Assembly: GCA_049975265.1 (NCBI GenBank)
Contig: JBNGDF010000001.1
Coordinates: 96,001-160,000, forward strand
DNA from: Fidelibacterota bacterium
GTDB lineage: Bacteria > Fidelibacterota > UBA2242
Length of the DNA stretch: 64,000 bases
Direction of reading: 5' to 3'
Numbering within the stretch: the first letter of the stretch is position 1; each line of letters starts with the position of its first letter. Below the pieces are notes generated by a model, which saw nothing but the letters and a program-made list of their open reading frames with translations, was not told the origin of the DNA and searched no databases. Positions 8,395 through 15,055 of this stretch are shown here, piece after piece. A program made the translations under genes and the position numbers.

Positions 8395-10599
8395 CTAGTC
8401 TCCCCAAAAAGATGAAATATAAATACCGGCACCCATTCCACACAGAGGAACAAGACCGGAATAATCCGCCTGATCGGCTGTAAAATATTCCGGAATCAGA
8501 CCATAGTTATAATATGCCTGGGAGCTGACCCAGCTTTTTATCGCCCCGGCTTTGCTAAAATTGGTCATGAATTGGTTCAGGTTGGTGATAAACAGGTCCC
8601 CCGGCACCCATTCATTTTCGGTGGGTCGCTGCCCGGTCGGAAAGCGCCGATATCCATGACTGATTGTCAACTGTTTCTCCATTGCTGCGAGAGTCTCTTT
8701 GCTACTAATATCCTGGGGTGTAAAAACCCACAGCAGCCCGAGAGCGTTGACGGCATCGAGTTTTTTATTATCACATTCCAGGCAGAAATTCACTTCTCCA
8801 TTCTCGTTGACAAAAGCCTCCTCGATGGAATGTCTCAGTGCCATGGCGATCTGCTCATACTGACTGGCGCGGTATTCGTCGTTGACCACCCGAGCCAGCC
8901 AGACGGCGTCCACCAGACCGCGATAGGCAGCGGAGGAGGTGAAAAAATAGTGTTTGGGAGCACCCTGATTGTAGAAACCGTTATCGGCTTTCAGCAGACC
9001 ACCCGATTCGATGTTGTTTATGATAACGTCGGCGATTTCAGAGGAGATTTTTGGCCAGTAATAGTCCAGAAAATGATAATCGTCGGTGGTTTCGATATAT
9101 TTCCGCAGGTTCCATAACAAGATTCCGAAGTTGCCCAGGTAGATGGCGGGACCAAATTCACCCATATCGGTTGCTTCGGAGCCATTGCCATGATAATAAT
9201 TGACCGATACGGCATAGTTTTGACCCAGCCCCCGGTTTTCGCCGGACCAGGAATGGTGCTTAAATGAACCACAGGTGCTGTTCATAATGAATTGCAGTGC
9301 CGCCAGTGCCTCTTCGTAATGGCCGGATTTCAGAAAGGCGTCTATACTAAAACCCATCCCGGCAACCGAAGCTACCGCCATTGAACCCGGTGGAAAGGTG
9401 TGTATGATTTGGCCTCTGGCAGGAAACCGCTCGCGCACCTGTGCCATTTTCAAGAGCGCTAGGGATTGTAAGTAGACCGATTTCTCGGTGTCTGAGATGT
9501 TGTCCGGCACAACCGACCGCTGTTGCCAGCTTTTCCACCAGTTGATTTCCTTGATCAGAGCGGTGAAGCCGGGGTGTTCATTCTTGTACTTTTTCACGGC
9601 GCCGTAGGATTTCGGATGGAGGTTGCGGTCGTAATTGCACACCACGAACAGCCAGATTTTATTGTTCTCCCGGAAAGACCATTTTCCAACATTGACACCC
9701 GGTTTGATGTCGGACAGTTCAAAATTAAAAGCGTAATCGTCAAGAGAATCGCCGCTCAACATAGAGAAGAAGACCCAGAAGGGGTCTCTTGACGATAGGG
9801 GTGAGAAGGCATATTGATCGAGGACGCAATTGCGGTACTGCAGCTTGTGGTGAACGATACCGGTTCCGTTGATATATCCTGCGGATACAGTCTCCATCTC
9901 CGTCAGATCGATTTCACGCCGATTTTTAAACAAAACGGTGCGTGCCGAAGAGACTACCACCGATGTCTTTTCCTGATGATCGTATTGTGAATAGAGATGG
10001 GGTGTAAAACTGGTAAAACAGCGTCTTGTGACATTGTATTTGGAACAGGAGATGCCGTTACTGAAAGGAAGCTCGTACCATGAGCGGTGGGCTTTTGGCG
10101 CCGGAGGGTCTGTTTTTCCGGGCGATTCGATCTCCGTAATCAGGACGGGTTCCTGCCGGAGACCCCCGCCGCCCCAGGTGCTGTCCATTTTTAACGCCAG
10201 CAGATTGATGTTGGCTAAAAGAGTGGTTGAAATTTTGTAAACCGGCTGCCGGCTGGTATCGATGGCTAAATCGACTTTGCGGAGCTGCTGCCCGTTGAGA
10301 AAAACCTGTACACTGTCGTCCGGCACGCCGAGGAACAGATAGATTGTGTCACCCCCAAGATCATTTTTGTCGAAAGGAAAGGTTGTCCGGAACCAGGCGA
10401 CACCACTGTAATTGGCGAAGTCCTGCCCGGTCCACAGCCCGGGCACGGATATAGAATACCAGGCTGAATCGTTATAGTCGGTATCCGCCCATCTGGCATC
10501 ATCACCGATATTAAAACGCCATTCACCGCCCAGGGGAATTTCCGCCCCAAGGAGAGACAATATCCAGAAAATGGAGAAGACAATACGGCTGACTTTCAT
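8395..10599 (-). CDS. Secreted protein: N-terminal beta-galactosidase-type jelly-roll sugar-binding domain plus GH15-like (alpha/alpha)6 domain, apparently degenerate
   Basis: Signal MKVSRIVFSIFWILSLLGA (alternative starts 10632/10635); LGGEWRF..GDD..WA..YNDSAW..ISVPGLW..YSGVAWFRTTF..VFLNG; C-terminal LIPEYF..VPLCGMGAG. Confidence 0.6.
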   Translation of the reverse strand: MKVSRIVFSIFWILSLLGAEIPLGGEWRFNIGDDARWADTDYNDSAWYSISVPGLWTGQDFANYSGVAWFRTTFPFDKNDLGGDTIYLFLGVPDDSVQVFLNGQQLRKVDLAIDTSRQPVYKISTTLLANINLLALKMDSTWGGGGLRQEPVLITEIESPGKTDPPAPKAHRSWYELPFSNGISCSKYNVTRRCFTSFTPHLYSQYDHQEKTSVVVSSARTVLFKNRREIDLTEMETVSAGYINGTGIVHHKLQYRNCVLDQYAFSPLSSRDPFWVFFSMLSGDSLDDYAFNFELSDIKPGVNVGKWSFRENNKIWLFVVCNYDRNLHPKSYGAVKKYKNEHPGFTALIKEINWWKSWQQRSVVPDNISDTEKSVYLQSLALLKMAQVRERFPARGQIIHTFPPGSMAVASVAGMGFSIDAFLKSGHYEEALAALQFIMNSTCGSFKHHSWSGENRGLGQNYAVSVNYYHGNGSEATDMGEFGPAIYLGNFGILLWNLRKYIETTDDYHFLDYYWPKISSEIADVIINNIESGGLLKADNGFYNQGAPKHYFFTSSAAYRGLVDAVWLARVVNDEYRASQYEQIAMALRHSIEEAFVNENGEVNFCLECDNKKLDAVNALGLLWVFTPQDISSKETLAAMEKQLTISHGYRRFPTGQRPTENEWVPGDLFITNLNQFMTNFSKAGAIKSWVSSQAYYNYGLIPEYFTADQADYSGLVPLCGMGAGIYISSFWGD

Positions 10600-10644
10600 T
10601 GGGTCAAAGTTACTCGGATTTCCTTTAAACATCAAAAACAGATT

Positions 10645-11337
10645 TTACGATTTCAGAGAGTGACCCTCAAGCTGTAATAAATGTCTTTTCAGTCCGATGC
10701 CGGCACCGAATCCCATAAGTTGACCGTCCTTGCCGAGTACCCGGTGGCAGGGAATGATGAGCGGAACAGGATTTCGATGTAACGCCTGACCCACCGCCCG
10801 TGCGGCACCGGGTCGTCCAAGCCAGCTGGCAATAGCTCCATAACTGACAGTTTCTCCCGGCGGAATCAGCCATGTCCAGAACAGGACCTGATTCATGAAT
10901 GCACTTTTAACGGAGATCAGATGAACGGGAATGCGCCCGAATGGCGTCCCAAAAGTGAAATAATTGGTCAATCGTGACACCAACTCTGTGGAGAAGGGGT
11001 CTTCATCGGGATGCGTCCCGGCAGCCGCCGCACAAGGAAGCGTATTGTGCAGTGCTTTCAGCGAAAAGGCAGCAGCGACCACAGCTGCGTCAGAACAGGC
11101 GACATGAAACGCGGGATTTGAAGCGATGTTGTAAAGACGGACATGTTCCGCCGTCGGGACCGGAGCGAATGTACCGGCTCCGGTGAAGTATTCACTGAGC
11201 CGCACACGGCATTCCGGGCAACTTTTCCAGTGCCGGAAACAGGCGCGCTCTTTCTTTAAAACCAAAGAGCCGTTTAAAATGGCGGCGATTTCATTTTGAT
11301 TCAGATGTTCGTTGTCCCGACCCATCTTTTTCTGCAT
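10645..11337 (-). CDS. ogt: Methylated-DNA--protein-cysteine methyltransferase with N-terminal zf-HC2-like zinc finger
   Basis: IPPGETVSYG, AARAVGQA, NPVPLIIPCHRV (active-site PCHR), LKRHLLQLE; N-terminal HxxxCxxC (HWKSCPEC). Confidence 0.9.
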   Translation of the reverse strand: MQKKMGRDNEHLNQNEIAAILNGSLVLKKERACFRHWKSCPECRVRLSEYFTGAGTFAPVPTAEHVRLYNIASNPAFHVACSDAAVVAAAFSLKALHNTLPCAAAAGTHPDEDPFSTELVSRLTNYFTFGTPFGRIPVHLISVKSAFMNQVLFWTWLIPPGETVSYGAIASWLGRPGAARAVGQALHRNPVPLIIPCHRVLGKDGQLMGFGAGIGLKRHLLQLEGHSLKS

Positions 11338-11342
11338 GTCTG

Positions 11343-11371
11343 AAAATACAACAGGAAAAGGTAAATTTGAA
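11343..11371 (-). promoter_or_regulatory. Putative sigma70-type promoter of ogt (leaderless)
   Basis: Minus strand TTCAAA-N17-TATTTT, then 5 nt to ATG 11337; no SD. Confidence 0.4.
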
Positions 11372-11413
11372 CGGTTTTATTGATATATTTTCAATATTGT
11401 ACTACTTTGTCGA

Positions 11414-11442
11414 TTGCATAGTGTCTCAGGTTTCGATAGATT
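11414..11442 (+). promoter_or_regulatory. Putative sigma70-type promoter of the TPR gene (leaderless)
   Basis: TTGCAT-N17-TAGATT, then 6 nt to ATG 11449; no SD. Confidence 0.55.
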
Positions 11443-11448
11443 TACGTT

Positions 11449-12165
11449 ATGATACGGGAAAAGCAAAAATCAGCTAATCTTCTGCTCGGGTACGATCGCA
11501 AGGTTGTGGAACTCGTCAAAACAGGCGACTTTGAGACTGCCCGCTGGGTGGCGGAAGAATCTTATGAATATTCCCGGGACACGTTTGGTGATCAGCATAT
11601 TGAAACCGCAAAGACCCTGAACAATCTTGCCTGGATTTATGACCTGCTGGATCAGCGTAAGACGGCGGAGAGATTATACTCGCGCTCCCTTGATATTAAA
11701 GCGTCCATTTTTGGTGAAAGCAGCCCTGAATTAATTACCACCCTTGAAAACCTGACGACGCTTTATCTGACCGGTGGAGAATACGAAAAATCGGAAATGC
11801 TGCTCCGGAAATTGATTGGGATCGTCCGGCATCAGCCGGAGCCGCTATGTTTCCGTGAGGCTGTGTACTTAACGCAGTTGGCAGAAATAAAGGCAAAACA
11901 GAACGAATACACCGCCGCAGAACAGTTATATTGGAAGTGCATCGCATTTACCGAACGGAAGATGGCGGCAGACCATCCCAATTTGGGACGTGCCTTCGCC
12001 AATATGGCGGATTTTTACAGCTCTTTGGGTAACTATCAACGGGCTCTGTTTTACTACAAACGAGCCCTTGCTGTCCTCAGGAAATCTCTTTCGGCGAACC
12101 ATCCGGATGTTCAGTCTGTGCGTGAAAAGATCGATCTGCTCGGGTCCAGATTGAGCGGGCGATAA
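11449..12165 (+). CDS. Tetratricopeptide repeat protein (kinesin-light-chain-type 42-aa repeats)
   Basis: FGDQHIETAKTLNNLA, FGESSPELITTLENL, DHPNLGRAFANMA, ANHPDV repeats. Confidence 0.85.
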   Translation: MIREKQKSANLLLGYDRKVVELVKTGDFETARWVAEESYEYSRDTFGDQHIETAKTLNNLAWIYDLLDQRKTAERLYSRSLDIKASIFGESSPELITTLENLTTLYLTGGEYEKSEMLLRKLIGIVRHQPEPLCFREAVYLTQLAEIKAKQNEYTAAEQLYWKCIAFTERKMAADHPNLGRAFANMADFYSSLGNYQRALFYYKRALAVLRKSLSANHPDVQSVREKIDLLGSRLSGR

Positions 12166-12208
12166 GTAACGAATTGCGGAATCGGGTATTCTGGGTAATT
12201 GAACTGGT

Positions 12209-13144
12209 ATGTATATTCTCTATTTTCTAGCCGGCTTTGTACTGCTTTACTATGGTGCGAATTTTTTGGTCCGGGGCAGTTCTTCCATTGCGGTCTCTTT
12301 TGGTGTTAAAAAAATTGTGGTTGGTCTGACGATCGTTGCCCTCGGGACGTCAATGCCTGAATTTGTGGTCAGCCTGTTTGCGGCGGTGGAGAATGTTCAC
12401 GGTGTCAGTGTAGGAAACATTGTTGGCAGTAATCTGGCCAACATACTTCTGGTGCTGGGTCTGGCGTCGGTAATTAGACCCATTGCCGCCAAGCGGCGAA
12501 TTTTTATACTGGAGCTGCCGGTACTATTGATCATTACGCTGCTGTTTGTGGTTTTTTGTATGGACGGATTACTGAGGGGCTTTGAAGGCGCGATCATGAT
12601 TGTGTTATTTCTTGTCTATATGATATTTATCATCGCCAATCGGAAGGTTCGTGAAGGAGCGGATGTAGAATTGGTTCCCATGGAAAATGGGCATTTACTG
12701 AAGAATATGCTGTACTCGATTTTCGGGATCGGCGGACTTGTCATCGGTGGTCAATTGACGGTCCGGGGTGCGATCGGACTGGCGCGGGCCTTTGGCATTT
12801 CTGAAGTGGTGATCGGCCTGACCGTTGTAGCGATTGGGACCTCGCTGCCGGAGTTGTTTACCAGTGTTTTGGCAGTGATTAAAGGGGAGGATGAAATTTC
12901 CATCGGTAATATCATCGGCAGCAATCTGTTTAACACCGCATTTGTGCTGGGTGTTGTGCCGATGATTCGTCCGCTGGGGATTTATCCCGGCGTGATTCGT
13001 TTTGAAAATGTTCTGATGCTGTTCGTGACGGTGCTGTTTTCGGTGTTTTTATTTGTCGGGCGACGTCTCTCTCGTCTTGAGGGACTCATTTTGTTATTCA
13101 TCTACGGTCTCTTCATATTGAACATTATGTTCAAATTCATTTGA
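12209..13144 (+). CDS. Calcium/sodium antiporter (YrbG/CaCA family)
   Basis: Two alpha-repeats: GLTIVALGTSMPE..GNIVGSN and GLTVVAIGTSLPE..GNIIGSN. Confidence 0.93.
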   Translation: MYILYFLAGFVLLYYGANFLVRGSSSIAVSFGVKKIVVGLTIVALGTSMPEFVVSLFAAVENVHGVSVGNIVGSNLANILLVLGLASVIRPIAAKRRIFILELPVLLIITLLFVVFCMDGLLRGFEGAIMIVLFLVYMIFIIANRKVREGADVELVPMENGHLLKNMLYSIFGIGGLVIGGQLTVRGAIGLARAFGISEVVIGLTVVAIGTSLPELFTSVLAVIKGEDEISIGNIIGSNLFNTAFVLGVVPMIRPLGIYPGVIRFENVLMLFVTVLFSVFLFVGRRLSRLEGLILLFIYGLFILNIMFKFI

Positions 13145-13236
13145 TTGAGGGAACAAAATCTTTTCACATAAATCGGGTTGATCGGCGGAAAGTAGTGATA
13201 TGAACGAAAAAATTTCTTTTCAAAAGGTTTTGTAGA

Positions 13237-14361
13237 ATGGCGAAGGTGGTTGTGTTAGGCGCCGGAATGGTAGGGCGGGCGATTGCCCTGGATATGAGAC
13301 GGCGCGCGAATGTCACGGTTGTGGACATTAGAAATGAAAATCTCGATAGACTTAGAGGGGTATCGGATATATCGTTAGTACAGGCAGATTTGACCCTGGA
13401 GAAAGAGGTTGCCGGGATCCTCACCGGTGCCGATCTGGTCATTTCGGCGGTCCCCGGAGCCATGGGCTTCGAAACGCTGAAGCGGATTATCGTGGCAGGC
13501 AGGAATGTGGTGGATATTTCCTTTTTCCCGGAAGATGCTTTTGAACTGGATCAATTTGCCCGTGCGAAAAACGTGACCGCAGTGGTGGATTGCGGTGTTG
13601 CTCCAGGTCTGAGCAATCTCCTTTTGGGGTATTACAATCGGCGGATGGAGGTAAGCGATTTTGTATGTTATGTCGGAGGTCTGCCGGTGGAACGGCGGTT
13701 GCCCTTCGAATACAAAGCGCCATTCTCGCCGGCGGATGTCATTGAGGAGTACCTTCGCCCCGCCCGGTTTGTTAGAAACGGGCAGGTGATCGTTAAGGAG
13801 GCACTTACCGATCCGGAATGGATTGATGTTGGTGGAGTCGGGACCCTTGAGGCGTTTAATACGGACGGATTGCGGAGCCTGCTGCGAACGATGAAGGTGC
13901 CCAATATGCTGGAGAAAACTCTGCGATATCCCGGACATATTGAAAAGATTCAGCTGTTGAAGCGGCTTGGATTTTTTTCAGATAAAGAGATTGGTATAAA
14001 CGGAAAAAAAGTTGTTCCGTTGGCGCTGACGTCGCAACTGTTGTTCCGGGAGTGGCAACTGCAGCCGGAGGAGGCGGAACTGACGATTATGCGGATTGTG
14101 ATCCGTGGGCGCTCGGAGAATTGGGATAAAACAGTGACGTTTAATCTGTTGGACCGGTATGATCCGGTGACGGGTCAGTCCTCCATGGCGCGCACCACCG
14201 GCTATACCTGTACCGCTGTCGCCAATCTGATGCTTGATGGTCAAGTCCGGCAAGCTGGGATTTGTCCGCCGGAATTTATCGGTGAAGATGCCGCAAATAT
14301 GAGGTTTATTTTGGACTACTTAAACGCGCGCAATATTCAATTTGTAACGACAGAAGGTTGA
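13237..14361 (+). CDS. Saccharopine dehydrogenase / lysine 6-dehydrogenase family oxidoreductase
   Basis: VVVLGAGMVG Rossmann motif; VVDISF, DCGVAPGLSN, YVGGLP, KTLRYPGH, MARTTGY. Confidence 0.88.
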   Translation: MAKVVVLGAGMVGRAIALDMRRRANVTVVDIRNENLDRLRGVSDISLVQADLTLEKEVAGILTGADLVISAVPGAMGFETLKRIIVAGRNVVDISFFPEDAFELDQFARAKNVTAVVDCGVAPGLSNLLLGYYNRRMEVSDFVCYVGGLPVERRLPFEYKAPFSPADVIEEYLRPARFVRNGQVIVKEALTDPEWIDVGGVGTLEAFNTDGLRSLLRTMKVPNMLEKTLRYPGHIEKIQLLKRLGFFSDKEIGINGKKVVPLALTSQLLFREWQLQPEEAELTIMRIVIRGRSENWDKTVTFNLLDRYDPVTGQSSMARTTGYTCTAVANLMLDGQVRQAGICPPEFIGEDAANMRFILDYLNARNIQFVTTEG

Positions 14362-14367
14362 GATATT

Positions 14368-14937
14368 ATGGATCGGGAAAAAGCCTGGAATTTGTTGACG
14401 CAATACACCAAGACAGAGAGTCTGATTCGCCACGCTTTGGCTGTCGAAGCGGCGATGCGCCATTATGCCCGCTATTTTCATGAAGATGAAGAATATTGGG
14501 GGATCACCGGACTTCTGCATGATTTTGATTACGAAGCCTATCCGGATGAGCAGAATCATCCGTACCGCGGAAATGAAATCCTGGAAAAAGAGGGCTACCC
14601 GGAAGAGCTGCGCCGGGCGATCATGGGACATGCCAGTTACACCGGAGTGCCCCGGGATACTCTTTTGGCGAAAACCCTTTTCGCTGTGGATGAGTTGGCT
14701 GGTTTTATAATGGCTGTTGCCCTGGTGCGACCGTCGAAAAGCATCCATGACGTCAAACCGAAGTCGGTGAAGAAAAAATTTAAAACCCGCACATTTGCTG
14801 CTAAAGTGAATCGCGAGGAAATAGCGCAGGGAATCGCCGGGCTGGGGGTGGATGAGACCGAGCACATTCAGAGGGTGATTGAGGCACTGAGAACGGTGGC
14901 TGCCGATATCGGACTGGAGGGCGAATCACCGGTTTAA
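14368..14937 (+). CDS. HDIG/HD-domain metal-dependent phosphohydrolase
   Basis: RHALAVEAAM, GLLHDFDYE, AIMGH, LFAVDELAG, KKKFK..FAAKVNR. Confidence 0.88.
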   Translation: MDREKAWNLLTQYTKTESLIRHALAVEAAMRHYARYFHEDEEYWGITGLLHDFDYEAYPDEQNHPYRGNEILEKEGYPEELRRAIMGHASYTGVPRDTLLAKTLFAVDELAGFIMAVALVRPSKSIHDVKPKSVKKKFKTRTFAAKVNREEIAQGIAGLGVDETEHIQRVIEALRTVAADIGLEGESPV

Positions 14938-14946
14938 ACATTCAAT

Positions 14947-14975
14947 TTGATAAACACAATTTTTTTAACTAATAT
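14947..14975 (+). promoter_or_regulatory. Putative sigma70-type promoter for the radical SAM-rng operon
   Basis: TTGATA-N17-TAATAT in the intergenic region. Confidence 0.5.
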
Positions 14976-15055
14976 TCGCCAGGTAATACCCCGCTCGATG
15001 TCGAAGCGGGAAAACGAGCGGGTGATCATAAAATTTTCTCTAGTTAGGAGAGAAA

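Noticed and set aside
14938..15055. Cobalamin riboswitch upstream of the B12-binding radical SAM gene (also checked 31818-31952)
   Set aside because: Regions are too short and lack a recognisable B12 box
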